Positions 40,322 to 50,314 of a stretch of DNA of 64,000 nt are shown here, piece after piece (positions within the stretch are counted from its first letter, which is position 1; each line of letters begins with the position of its first letter). The notes below the pieces were generated by a model. The model was not told the origin of the DNA. It saw nothing but the letters and a program-made list of their open reading frames with translations, and ran no database searches. Made by a program: the position numbers and the translations under genes. The stretch spans positions 4,178,499 through 4,242,498 of the forward strand of contig OZ245751.1 of NCBI GenBank assembly GCA_965227445.1. Direction: 5' to 3'. Source of the stretch: Saprospiraceae bacterium (GTDB lineage Bacteria > Bacteroidota > Bacteroidia > Chitinophagales > Saprospiraceae).

Positions 40322-41650
40322 ATGAAGATCCACATTCGTTTTTCCATTCTGGCGGCCCTGATGTTGGTCTCTGCCACCTGGGGTTTTGCCCAACAGCCGG
40401 ACATCTCTTTCATGCGTACGTATGACCAAAATGGTACCGGCATTTTTGAAGCTCCCAAATCGGAGGATTTCAACTTCGATTTCGAAGGATTGAAAGTACG
40501 CCTGGGAGGCGCGTTCACTCAACAGTTCCAGGCCCTCGAACACAGCAATACGCTTATCGACCTCGATGGTGACGGAGCCTTCGATAATCCACTGTATGCC
40601 CTGGAGCCCGGTTTTAACCTGGCCACTGCCAACCTGAATATCGACGTTCAACTGGCCGAAGGGGTACGCTTGAACCTGATCACCTACTTATCGTCTCGTC
40701 ACCACCCCGAAGCCTGGGTAAAAGGCGGATTCATCCAGTTGGATGCCATGCCCTTCCTGAACAGCGACTGGGTTGACAACATCATGGAAAATGTCCGTAT
40801 TAAGGTCGGTCACATGGAGATCAACTACGGTGATGCTCACTTCCGCCGCACCGACAACGGTAACGCCATCTACAACCCATTCGTAGGTAACTATATCGTA
40901 GATGCCTTTAACACCGAGATCGGAGCCGAGTTCTACTACCTGAAAGAGCCTTTCACGGCTATGTTAGGAATCACCGGTGGTGAGATCAACGGTAACGTAA
41001 CGGAAGCACGTACCAGTGACGTAGACGACAATGCCAAGCGCTCACCGTCTATCATCGGTAAATTAGCCTACGACAGCCAGGTAAATGACGATGTACGCCT
41101 TCGTCTTAGCACCTCTGTATACAGAACGGCTAGTTCATCGGTCAATCACCTCTACAGTGGTGACCGTGGTGGTTCTCGCTACTACCTGGTAATGGTTGCA
41201 CCTGGTGTCGGTGCTGGTGACCGTGGTGTATTCCCGAGTGGACGCTACAACCCCGGATTTGTCGATGAGGTCACCTCCTTCATGGGTAATGTGTTCCTGA
41301 AAGTTAAGGGCCTTGAGCTCTTCGGTACCTACGAGAGCTCTGCCGGCCGCAATTGGTTTGAAGCTGAGAACCGTAACATGAATCAATTCGCTGCCGAGGC
41401 ACTATACCGTTTTGGCGAAAGCCAGGATGTATACCTGGGTGCACGCTATAATACCGTGAGCGCCGACGATCCCAGCGGTGAGGAAATTAGTATCAACCGC
41501 TACCAACTGGGTGCTGGTTGGTTCCTGACCAAAAACATCCTGCTGAAAGGAGAATACGTGAATCAGGACTACATGGATTTCCCAACGGGAACCCAACTCT
41601 TTGAAGGTAACTTCAACGGATTTATCCTCGAAGCAGTCGTTGGATTCTAA
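40322..41650 (+). CDS. hypothetical outer-membrane porin-like beta-barrel
   Basis: Signal peptide MKIHIRFSILAALMLVSATWGFAQ; amphipathic beta-strand pattern; C-terminal aromatic residue (ends ...AVVGF). Confidence 0.4.
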   Translation: MKIHIRFSILAALMLVSATWGFAQQPDISFMRTYDQNGTGIFEAPKSEDFNFDFEGLKVRLGGAFTQQFQALEHSNTLIDLDGDGAFDNPLYALEPGFNLATANLNIDVQLAEGVRLNLITYLSSRHHPEAWVKGGFIQLDAMPFLNSDWVDNIMENVRIKVGHMEINYGDAHFRRTDNGNAIYNPFVGNYIVDAFNTEIGAEFYYLKEPFTAMLGITGGEINGNVTEARTSDVDDNAKRSPSIIGKLAYDSQVNDDVRLRLSTSVYRTASSSVNHLYSGDRGGSRYYLVMVAPGVGAGDRGVFPSGRYNPGFVDEVTSFMGNVFLKVKGLELFGTYESSAGRNWFEAENRNMNQFAAEALYRFGESQDVYLGARYNTVSADDPSGEEISINRYQLGAGWFLTKNILLKGEYVNQDYMDFPTGTQLFEGNFNGFILEAVVGF

Positions 41651-41750
41651 GTTAGACGTAATGCAATAACCATTGTTTGATTAAGGAACCCCGACTCTGC
41701 CAATGCGGCGGGGCCGGGGTTCTGTCTTTTCTGCCGCAAAAACCTACATT

Positions 41751-42362
41751 ATGAACTGGCCAACCCTATATTTTTTACTGCTGCTTCCATGGTCCACGGG
41801 TTACGAGCTCCCAACTCAACACATTGTGTTCCATAGTTCCAGCAGTCTGTCTATCTCCGGAAGCAGCAATGTGAACAAGTTCACCTGCAAGTGTGAACAA
41901 ACGTTGCACCCCATGCGTGTCGACCTGCAGGTACAACCGGGGGATCAGTTGGCTCGCTTTACCGGAGCAGTACTCGAGCTCGAAACCCGAGCGCTGGACT
42001 GCGGCCATAAGGGCATGAATAAGGATATGTATCAGACTCTAGAAGCCGACCAACACCCTACCATAGATATCAGACTGGAAGCTGTTCGGTATCAACCAGG
42101 GTACAGTCCGGAATTTTGCTCCGAATGGGTGACCATGCTGGCCAGTGCCGACCTGACGGTGGCGGGGCATACTAATAGGGTGCATCTTGAAATTCAGGGC
42201 CGACAAGTCGGAGACGACCAATATCGATTTAAAAGTCAACTGCCGATCCGCATGACTGACTTTGGCATCGAGCCACCAACGGCCCTCCTGGGATTAGTTA
42301 AAGTGGATAACGAAATCACCATCCACCTCGATCTTACGCTTTCAGCTAATGAGGTAGGTTAA
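41751..42362 (+). CDS. YceI-like domain protein (paralog)
   Basis: Start at the internal ATG at 41751, after a hairpin. C-terminus ...RMTDFGIEPPTALLGLVKVDNEITIHLDLTL parallels the upstream YceI gene. Confidence 0.55.
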   Translation: MNWPTLYFLLLLPWSTGYELPTQHIVFHSSSSLSISGSSNVNKFTCKCEQTLHPMRVDLQVQPGDQLARFTGAVLELETRALDCGHKGMNKDMYQTLEADQHPTIDIRLEAVRYQPGYSPEFCSEWVTMLASADLTVAGHTNRVHLEIQGRQVGDDQYRFKSQLPIRMTDFGIEPPTALLGLVKVDNEITIHLDLTLSANEVG

Positions 42363-42850
42363 AAATTGGCGGTAGCCTTCGTTTTCTTTTTATCGAGCAG
42401 CATTGACCCTTCCCGTTCCGGTAGACGCACGTGCACCATATTGCGCTGGTCATCGAACAACTCAAGCATCATGGTATTTTCTACGGTCAGAGATGTGAGT
42501 TTTTGTAGTTGGGGGGTAACCTTGAAGTAACAGGTAAGGGACGGAAAATTACTTTCCTTGCGGTCGAGTGTATATTTAACCGCTTTACCGTTGAGCAGAA
42601 TCTGTGTTTTTTCCTGCAAATAATCCATGATCAAGTCATCGACGGAAAGCTCTCCATTGGAAATTTTTTCCTGGTACTGTTCGTAATCGACCGCATTGCC
42701 GAAGTCGTCCATAAAAAAGGTGATGGACATCTCGAGCTCTCCGGCATCCGAACGGTATATCTCCGTCACACTCAAGTGTATGGGATGCAACTCCTCCATA
42801 TTCAGGGGTGCTGCCACTAATAATCCCGAAAAGATTAACAAGAACTTCAT
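42359..42850 (-). CDS. hypothetical secreted protein
   Basis: Signal peptide MKFLLIFSGLLVAAP from the internal ATG; no motif. Confidence 0.3.
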   Translation of the reverse strand: MKFLLIFSGLLVAAPLNMEELHPIHLSVTEIYRSDAGELEMSITFFMDDFGNAVDYEQYQEKISNGELSVDDLIMDYLQEKTQILLNGKAVKYTLDRKESNFPSLTCYFKVTPQLQKLTSLTVENTMMLELFDDQRNMVHVRLPEREGSMLLDKKKTKATANF

Positions 42851-42923
42851 AAGCAGTAATTCTTGTTCTATATAACGCAAATGCCCCGCAAAAAGATGGG
42901 TGACTGTTCACTTTAGCAAAACC

Positions 42924-44543
42924 CTAACGATCCCGTACAATACCAGCGGTAAATAACAGATCAGTCTCCGGGTCCAGCACCAGTGTTTCTGCTTTCCCGC
43001 TAAATGGTACCCGGACAGTTTGGGTACGCCCGCTAATCTCCACTGATTTTGTACCCAGATCACTTAATTCCGTATCGGCAACCTGAATGGTTAATGGAAA
43101 GGTAAATAGTTCATCCTGCTTCTGGGTAATGGTCACTTCCGCTGTACCTCCACCCTCGAGTACGTTCCACTGTACCTCCAGGTCGGGAAACCCCGGTTGT
43201 CGCAACCACTGGTCGAAGAACTGTTGGAGGTCTTGTCCCGACACCTCTTCCATGACGGCCCTAAGGTCCTCGGTAAGTGCATTCCTGAGCTGGTAGCGCC
43301 GATAGTAGGTTCGTATTCCCTGCCAAAAGGCCTGGTCGCCGATCTTACGACGCAGCATGTGCAGTACCCAACCACCCTTCTGGTAAGAATTGGGATTCAG
43401 TAGCTGATTGAAATCGCGCACCGAGGGATCAATAATAGGAGCACTTCGGCGACGGCCATATCGCAATACCTGCAAGCGGTCGGCCTGTAAACGTTCGTCA
43501 AGCACCTCCCGGCCCTCAGTAGCTTCTACCCATAAATGGGTAAAATAAGTAGCGAAACCCTCACTTAACCATACGTGGTACCAGCTGCCCTCTGTGGCGG
43601 AATTCCCAAACCACTGGTGAGCAATTTCGTGGGCGATCAGTGCATTGCGTTCCCGCTTACCGGTCACGCTGTTCTCGAAATAGAAGATGTTACCCGCGTT
43701 CTCCATACCTCCGTAGCGGGTTTTCGACTGCACATTGGCCAGCTTCAGATAAGGGTAGGGGCCTACCTCTTCCATAAACCACTCCAAAATGGATACCGCA
43801 GGCTGGTAGTCGTAAAAGCCCTCCTCCCGATTATCCGGAAATACCCAGCTGGTCACCGGAATACCGTTAGCGTCGCCGGCATACTGTACCGCAAAGGGCG
43901 CCACACCGATCACCATCACCTTAGTGGGCAAGGGTACCTCCGTGGCAAAGCGGGTGAGCCGCCTACCATCAGGCAGGGTTGTTTCCTCCGTTTGACGCCC
44001 ATTTGCTACCACCTGGTAGACACCGGGAGCCGTAACGATCCACTCTACCGTCGCCTTATCCGAAGGGTGATCTACGGTCGGCAACCAGTGCCGCGCACGG
44101 TTAGGCCAGTTATCCCCAAAAAACGTCCGACTACCGAAGCGGTTTTCGCCTATGATCAGTCCGTCTTGTGGTACCCCCTGATAGGCGATCTGCAAGTCCA
44201 GGTTTGTTCCGGCCGTTAAGCCTTTCGGCAAAAAAATACGCAAGGATTGACCCTGGTGGCTGTATTCCAATTCTTCCCCGTCCAATTGAATCGACTGAAC
44301 CTCCATACCGGCATCATTCTGCCTGGATTGTAAATCCAATGCCACTTGATCCATGGGTTGCAACAATCGCAGGCGAACCAGCGCCCGACCATCAATAGTA
44401 TTGGTCTGATCCGACAGAGTGAGGTCAAAGGTATAATGGAGTACATCGATTTGGCTGAGGCGGTCGAGCTGTTCCTGGGCAATTCCAAGTGTCAGCAGGA
44501 ACAGCATCAGCAGGGTCATACCGGAACGCAGGGTGTTGATCAT
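42924..44543 (-). CDS. M1-family zinc aminopeptidase
   Basis: HEIAHQWFGN...WLSEGFATY (HExxH-18-E) gluzincin motif; signal peptide; 539 aa. Confidence 0.8.
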   Translation of the reverse strand: MINTLRSGMTLLMLFLLTLGIAQEQLDRLSQIDVLHYTFDLTLSDQTNTIDGRALVRLRLLQPMDQVALDLQSRQNDAGMEVQSIQLDGEELEYSHQGQSLRIFLPKGLTAGTNLDLQIAYQGVPQDGLIIGENRFGSRTFFGDNWPNRARHWLPTVDHPSDKATVEWIVTAPGVYQVVANGRQTEETTLPDGRRLTRFATEVPLPTKVMVIGVAPFAVQYAGDANGIPVTSWVFPDNREEGFYDYQPAVSILEWFMEEVGPYPYLKLANVQSKTRYGGMENAGNIFYFENSVTGKRERNALIAHEIAHQWFGNSATEGSWYHVWLSEGFATYFTHLWVEATEGREVLDERLQADRLQVLRYGRRRSAPIIDPSVRDFNQLLNPNSYQKGGWVLHMLRRKIGDQAFWQGIRTYYRRYQLRNALTEDLRAVMEEVSGQDLQQFFDQWLRQPGFPDLEVQWNVLEGGGTAEVTITQKQDELFTFPLTIQVADTELSDLGTKSVEISGRTQTVRVPFSGKAETLVLDPETDLLFTAGIVRDR

Positions 44544-44644
44544 AGTTTTTGTTTTGGCCTAATTTAGGGTTTCCAAAAGATTTCTAGACACAAGATTGGA
44601 AATTATGGTAGTGAGTAACGGGTATTTGGTATTAAGACGATCCG

Positions 44645-45310
44645 GGGACTGGAGGGAACGGAGGGACTGAAGTGACCGGAGAGACTCGTCTGGGCCGGGC
44701 TGCTTTAGTTATGTCTGGCTGCTGTATCTCTGCTCTTTATTGCGTAGTGCGTAGTGCATCGAGCGTAGAGACAGGGAGCGACTGTCGAGAACAAAGAGAC
44801 TGGAGAGAATGAAGAGACTGGAGGGACTCGTCTGGGCCGGGCTGCTTCGTTTTGCTGGTAGCTGCTGTGTCTTTGCTCTAGATTGCGTAGCGCATTGAGC
44901 ATTGAGCGTAGGGGGCCAACGCAAGAACGGTGCGCCATGAAACACTGTGAACCACCGCCCGTACGGGCTGCGCTCACCGCGTGAAAAAGGTAGATTTAGA
45001 GTTTAGACTCAAGATTAAAGACTGAAGACTGAATTCGAAATCGGAAATCGGAGGTCGGAAATCGGACGGTTAATGACTTCACTCCCACCGCTGAAGCGGA
45101 TGGGCTTAAACTGCCAACCGCCAACTGAGAACTGGAGACTGCCTACTGAGAACTGCCTACTGAGAACTGCCTACTGAAGACTGAATTCGAAATCGGACGG
45201 TTAATGACTTCACTCCCACCGCTGAAGCGGATGGGCTTAAACTGCCAACCGCCAACTGAGAACTGGAGACTGCCTACTGAGAACTGCGAACTGCCTACTG
45301 CCAACCCTCC
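44645..45310. repeat. composite mosaic repeat (left copy): heptamer-word region, an 85-bp core, then two units of about 120-150 bp
   Basis: The 85-bp core CACCGCCCGTACGGGCTGCGCTCACCGCGTGAAAAAGGTAGATTTAGAGTTTAGACTCAAGATTAAAGA is near-identical to 50507-50580. The units contain TCGAAATCGGACGGTTAATGACTTCACTCCCACCGCTGAAGCGGATGGGCTTAAACTGCCAACCGCCAACTGAGAACTGGAGACTGCCTACTGAGAACTGC. Confidence 0.75.
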
Positions 45311-45390
45311 TTTTGGCGAAAGCCAAACAATAGACCAGAGTAATCCATCATTGAGCATTCAACATTCCCTTTCCCCGTCTCCACAAAACC

Positions 45391-46746
45391 TCATTTGATG
45401 TGTTTCGGCTTCATGTGTGCAGCTCCATGCCCATAGTAGGCATCCATGGCTTTCTGATACCCTTGCCGCAGGAGGTCCAGGTGACGTTCTGTGGAAAAGG
45501 TATTGGCTTGCTCCAGGCCTTTTTGGACAGTCTCCCTACATAATGTATCATCACCGGCCAGGCGTTCCATGGCACCGGCGATGGAAGATACATCGTAGGG
45601 GTCGACATAAATAGGTGCATCACCTCCCACCTCGGGCAAGGATGAACAATTTGACGTAATGACCGGTACGCCCAGCGACATGGCCTCCAATACCGGCAAC
45701 CCGAATCCTTCGTACAGGGACGGAAAAATGAGTGCCTTGGCTCCCCGTAACAAATACATTAGTTGTTGCCGGGGAAGGTACATATACCGTCGAACCGCTT
45801 GACTACCATCCTCCTTCACCTGCTTAATTCGCTTTTTTTCTTTTTTGTACAACCACCCGTCACGGCCGGCGATAATCAGTGGCAACTCTGTATTAGCCAT
45901 GCCGGCCGCCTCCAGAATACGCATTACATTTTTCTTGGGCTCTATGGCTCCGAAAAACAGAAAATACCCTTGTGGCTTAAGATTGAAATTTTTGCTCAAT
46001 ACACTCCGCAGTTCATTGGCCGACATATCGCGAATGGCCGTGGGCACCTGAACCGATTGATAGGTAACCTGTATCTTGTCTTCCTCAATACCAAAGACAC
46101 GCTGCAGGTCGCGTTTACTGTGCTCGGAGATGACGTAAATATGATCGGCCTGATTCAGGGAGGCCGTAATTATATTACGGTAATGCCGCAGCATAACGTT
46201 CGTACTGTGCGGCAAGATCAATGGGATCAGGTCGTGAAGAGTCAGTACATTGGGGACGCCCTTCATGCGGACAGGAAGGGGGCTTGTACTGTGGTAGATA
46301 TCAATACCAGCCTTCCGGGGCATCGAAATCTTAAACGATTTCGGAAAGAAAAAGGCATAAAACTGAGACACGCGATACAGTGAGGGCACATTGTAGGTAT
46401 CACTGCCGGTTGGCAAATGCATTTCCATCCCTCGTCTTTCCACCCATTCCGGTGGGTGAAGCTGCCGGGGCCGGAGAGGCATATTCAATAGGTAAGGCAA
46501 GCTGTATAGTATGGCATGGGTGCCGTACCGAAGCACTTCTTTGGAATCAGCCTCGCCGTGTACCATCAGTCGTTGAATAAAACGAGACCACTTCAAATCA
46601 GGCCGTCGTCCTAATTTATCCATCCCGTACAGTACACTGACATCAATCCCGCCCGAAGTCAGTGTTTTAGCCAACTCCCGGGAATAGGTGCTCAACCCGG
46701 TACCTTTTTTCAGGGACATAGCAAATCCGTCCAGGCATACCTTCAT
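45391..46746 (-). CDS. GT4-family glycosyltransferase (retaining, GT-B)
   Basis: C-terminal domain with E-x7-E-like region FPSLYEGFGLPVLEAMSLGVPVITS. Start trimmed to the internal ATG (MKVCLDGF...). Confidence 0.75.
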   Translation of the reverse strand: MKVCLDGFAMSLKKGTGLSTYSRELAKTLTSGGIDVSVLYGMDKLGRRPDLKWSRFIQRLMVHGEADSKEVLRYGTHAILYSLPYLLNMPLRPRQLHPPEWVERRGMEMHLPTGSDTYNVPSLYRVSQFYAFFFPKSFKISMPRKAGIDIYHSTSPLPVRMKGVPNVLTLHDLIPLILPHSTNVMLRHYRNIITASLNQADHIYVISEHSKRDLQRVFGIEEDKIQVTYQSVQVPTAIRDMSANELRSVLSKNFNLKPQGYFLFFGAIEPKKNVMRILEAAGMANTELPLIIAGRDGWLYKKEKKRIKQVKEDGSQAVRRYMYLPRQQLMYLLRGAKALIFPSLYEGFGLPVLEAMSLGVPVITSNCSSLPEVGGDAPIYVDPYDVSSIAGAMERLAGDDTLCRETVQKGLEQANTFSTERHLDLLRQGYQKAMDAYYGHGAAHMKPKHIK

Positions 46747-46765
46747 ATTAGTGGTGTTTCTAGTA

Positions 46766-48319
46766 CTAAACGTATCCGCCTTTGGGATTAATGAATTGAA
46801 TAATAGAGCGGCGATCAGATTCAATAGGCTGAACGATCCGGGCAATTTGGTCGGCAAAAGCCCCGGGGTCGGCATGGACATCTTCTACCCGGAAGACGTG
46901 CGCTTTATCCCCCACTTTTGACTGGAATCGGCGTACCATGTTCGTGTGATTATGAGCCACTTCCAATAATCGTTCGGCGTGTATGTCCCAATCTTTTCCA
47001 TCGTGCCGGGCTGAAGAACGGGCAATGGCTTCGGGGTCACGATATACAAATATGTAGACCGGACGTATTAACAAATGCCTTATTTTTTCAATGTAGTAAA
47101 TATTATTCGGCACCTTCCAGCCCCAGTAGGGGTAGGTACGATTCCGTTGATGAATGACTGGTCCCAATTGCTTCAGTGCGAGGTGCTTGTTTTTGGGTTT
47201 AATCTTGAATGCGGGGTCTTCGTACTGGCTGGTTCTCACCTCTCCCATGTATACACCTGCACGCTGCAGAGAGCCGGCAATCAGACTGGTACCCCCGCGG
47301 GGACATCCCAGAACGACAAAGGTTTTTTTAGTCTTGGGAAAAAGGCGAATCAACCAGGCAAAGGAGCGAAGATGCCATCCGGCAGTATGAAGCCGACGTA
47401 CTCCTCCCCGCAGGATGCCCTTTGCTCTTTTCGACGACCTTGATAAAAACCCGGGGGGGGGCAAAGGCTCTCCCTGGGGTTGATCCGTCTTATCGGGAGC
47501 CGGTAATGCCGGAATGCGTTTGTTTAGGTTCTCAAATATAGAGGGATCACCTACTGCTACCTCCTTTTGTTCAATCGCCTGTAGCAGAGCCTGATCTATT
47601 GGATCAAGCCAGTCATTCAGGTAAGTATTCAACTCCTTTCGGAAAAAATGGGTCATAAAGACCGTCTGTTGCAGGCTGAGGTCATTCCGGTGCCGTTTGG
47701 GTACTCCTTTATTAAACTGAGTAAAAGCTTTTTCTTTCACCTGATCCGCCAATTTGGCCAAATCGGGCAGCTCCGACTGGCTGTAGCCCAATTGGGCACC
47801 CAGCCGCAATAGAAATGCTTCACTGTGAAAAGCAACCTCATCGTAGGTAGACGCCAGTACCCCCGGCTGCGACACCCACGACTGATGGATGCTCATTTGG
47901 TTTTTGACGGTAGCCATAGCAGAGGCTACGGAATCAACATTCATGAATGCTCCGCGTCCGCGGTTCCGGGCGCGTCGTCCGGCATCGACAAGTGACAGCG
48001 TATTGTCGCGAGGATCACGAATATTTGCATGTCCCAAGCTATTTCCGTCCTGCAGCATGGCTATCAGATAAGGAGAAGGGGCCCCATGCGTTTTGATGGC
48101 CAGTATGCGTCCAGGTTCCAATGCATTCTCTATCTGGGTTGCCATTGATTCGTCGAAGGCCTCAGTTTGTTTGCCATTCAGGAAATTCACCCGGCGGTCC
48201 GTAAAAAAAGGTAAATCAAGTCGTTCCTGGGGGTGACCTAACGCCTCCAGCAAGCCTTTGGTAAGTTCAAAAGCAAGTGTGCTGCCCGATTTTCGAATGC
48301 CATAACTAAAGTAGAGCAT
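46766..48319 (-). CDS. tandem double sulfotransferase-domain protein
   Basis: Two P-loop-like 5'-PAPS-binding motifs: RKSGSTL near the N-terminus and GCPRGGTSL in the second half, each followed by sulfotransferase-like length. Confidence 0.5.
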   Translation of the reverse strand: MLYFSYGIRKSGSTLAFELTKGLLEALGHPQERLDLPFFTDRRVNFLNGKQTEAFDESMATQIENALEPGRILAIKTHGAPSPYLIAMLQDGNSLGHANIRDPRDNTLSLVDAGRRARNRGRGAFMNVDSVASAMATVKNQMSIHQSWVSQPGVLASTYDEVAFHSEAFLLRLGAQLGYSQSELPDLAKLADQVKEKAFTQFNKGVPKRHRNDLSLQQTVFMTHFFRKELNTYLNDWLDPIDQALLQAIEQKEVAVGDPSIFENLNKRIPALPAPDKTDQPQGEPLPPPGFLSRSSKRAKGILRGGVRRLHTAGWHLRSFAWLIRLFPKTKKTFVVLGCPRGGTSLIAGSLQRAGVYMGEVRTSQYEDPAFKIKPKNKHLALKQLGPVIHQRNRTYPYWGWKVPNNIYYIEKIRHLLIRPVYIFVYRDPEAIARSSARHDGKDWDIHAERLLEVAHNHTNMVRRFQSKVGDKAHVFRVEDVHADPGAFADQIARIVQPIESDRRSIIQFINPKGGYV

Positions 48320-48336
48320 ATAATGTATACTTCCCG

Positions 48337-49059
48337 CTACCCCGGAAACCGGTAGCCAAATTTATGTATTTCAAAAGCGTATTCCCGTTCAACAATTCCC
48401 TGTGTTTCGGAATCGAACAGGAAGGCAGGAATTGCCCAATCGGGCCTGATCCCTCCTTTGCTATTACCCAATCGCTTACTATCCCAGGGAATTTGCAGCT
48501 TCCGACAAATACGCGCCATCTCTTGCTCCAGATTTTCGTACCGGATCACCTCATCCAGGATGTAATCCTCTCCGATACAATAAATGCGTCGATCCACCGG
48601 AAATTTACCGTCTAAGATCCAGTGCCGGAATGCCATTCGCTCCTCCTCCGGAGTTCCGACCGGAATTCGGGCTTTACTTTTTTTAAAAAAATAGGAGGAA
48701 ATGACTTTCGTAAACGGGTTGCGGATGGTCGCGAACTTGAGATATCTTTCCCAAACCTCCGTTTCCACCTGACGGCGAACTTTGCGTGCCGACATGTGAT
48801 TATGCCATTTTGCCATCTTTTTTTGCCGCAAGGCCCGGACAAAGGGATAGGAGTATTGAAACTGCCACGTTCGCTCTTCCACGTACCTGTTTCCCCTTTT
48901 ACCTATGATACCATGGCTGGATTCATAAGGCAAGGCCTGATCACCAGGACTATCTTCCTCCGGTCCCAAGCAGAATGGTTCGAAGTAGTACTCAACCGAC
49001 GTGCTTGCCGTCTTGCGGGTCTTCAGGAAAATGAACTTATATCTATGGCTAACCAGCAT
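48337..49059 (-). CDS. sulfotransferase-family protein (family-2-like)
   Basis: FLKTRKTASTS N-terminal PAPS-binding motif; 240 aa. Confidence 0.5.
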   Translation of the reverse strand: MLVSHRYKFIFLKTRKTASTSVEYYFEPFCLGPEEDSPGDQALPYESSHGIIGKRGNRYVEERTWQFQYSYPFVRALRQKKMAKWHNHMSARKVRRQVETEVWERYLKFATIRNPFTKVISSYFFKKSKARIPVGTPEEERMAFRHWILDGKFPVDRRIYCIGEDYILDEVIRYENLEQEMARICRKLQIPWDSKRLGNSKGGIRPDWAIPAFLFDSETQGIVEREYAFEIHKFGYRFPG

Positions 49060-49078
49060 AAGAAGATTTTAACCGTGA

Positions 49079-50314
49079 TTAATCATCGTCATCGTCATCT
49101 CCTTCATCTATTTGGCCGGGAGACAGACAATCCGGATAAACCTCCTCTGTCACCAATCGGTGGTAGCATTCAATACCGGGATGAAATTTTCCCATAGTCA
49201 CCAGATTAGACATAATCCCTTTGAATAGCCCCAGAAAATTCCGCAGTAAAAACAAATAGGGTACTAGCCTGGGGGCTTCACTCCGTATATCTCCGGTAGC
49301 AAAAACAATGCCAGGAATAATGATCAGCGAAAGGGGAAAGAGGTATTCGGCAAAAAGGGGGCCGCGTCTTTTCTCCCGGCGAATGCCCAGCTTATTGCGC
49401 ATGGCTTCGCCCATATACCCGGTTTCGTATAGTTGGTAAATGCGCTTCCGCAAATCGACGTCAGCCATCGGAGCTTGCTCCAGAGAAGCCATAAAGTCCT
49501 TTTGTTCCTGCTTGCGACCGGTAGCAATCAGCTTCCGGTCCTTGACCGCCTTGGTAACCTTATTCATGGTTAACATGATAAACCCTCCGCTGACCAGAAG
49601 CAACAACAGCATCAGCAGGGTTACCAGTGGATTTAACCAGAGCAGAATAACCAGGTAAACGGGAATGGTTACCAAATCACTCAGAGCCGACGAGAACTGA
49701 CGCATCACATTTCCGCAGGAAAAGGCCAGGTTCGTGGTGATTCGACGTACGGGCCGAAGGGCAAAACGATCGGCAAATTTATACTGCAATGCCTCCAGCC
49801 CCCGGGCCGCGGCCTCCACGATGGTGGCCCGCATCACATCCAGTGTTCGCAAATGGAACACATAATTGATCCGGATTCCGGCAAATACAAACCCCACGAT
49901 CAACCCCATTAGCACGGAGATCGATACCGGTGTGATCGGGACCTCAACATCCCCGATCGATAACCTATCCAGGGAATTAGTCACATATCGGGTTAAGGGT
50001 ATGAGCAAGAGAAACCCACCAGCCGTACACAGGGAACTGACTACACTCAATACCGCAATCCGGATCAAACGGTAACGATTAATCCGCAGGAAACTCCGAA
50101 TGACCCGCAAGAGGGGCTTCAGGTAATCCCGCTGCACAGAAAAGGCCGCTATTGGTTGGCGAATGGACAATTGTAGCGTATTGCGTGGGTTCGCTGTAAA
50201 GCTACGTTTTTTTTCACTGTCAGTGCGTTGGAGACTGGAGGGACCGGGAGTGACTTGAGGGACTCGCCAGAGTAGGGGCTGTTCGGTTGCGATTGATTGC
50301 TGTGCTCTGCTCAT
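49079..50314 (-). CDS. membrane protein resembling an ABC-exporter transmembrane domain without nucleotide-binding domain; poly-Asp C-terminus
   Basis: Six predicted TM helices in an ABC type-I exporter-like arrangement, no Walker motifs, ends DEGDDDDDD. The 5' 90 nt lie inside the repeat block, so the start is uncertain. Confidence 0.35.
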   Translation of the reverse strand: MSRAQQSIATEQPLLWRVPQVTPGPSSLQRTDSEKKRSFTANPRNTLQLSIRQPIAAFSVQRDYLKPLLRVIRSFLRINRYRLIRIAVLSVVSSLCTAGGFLLLIPLTRYVTNSLDRLSIGDVEVPITPVSISVLMGLIVGFVFAGIRINYVFHLRTLDVMRATIVEAAARGLEALQYKFADRFALRPVRRITTNLAFSCGNVMRQFSSALSDLVTIPVYLVILLWLNPLVTLLMLLLLLVSGGFIMLTMNKVTKAVKDRKLIATGRKQEQKDFMASLEQAPMADVDLRKRIYQLYETGYMGEAMRNKLGIRREKRRGPLFAEYLFPLSLIIIPGIVFATGDIRSEAPRLVPYLFLLRNFLGLFKGIMSNLVTMGKFHPGIECYHRLVTEEVYPDCLSPGQIDEGDDDDDD

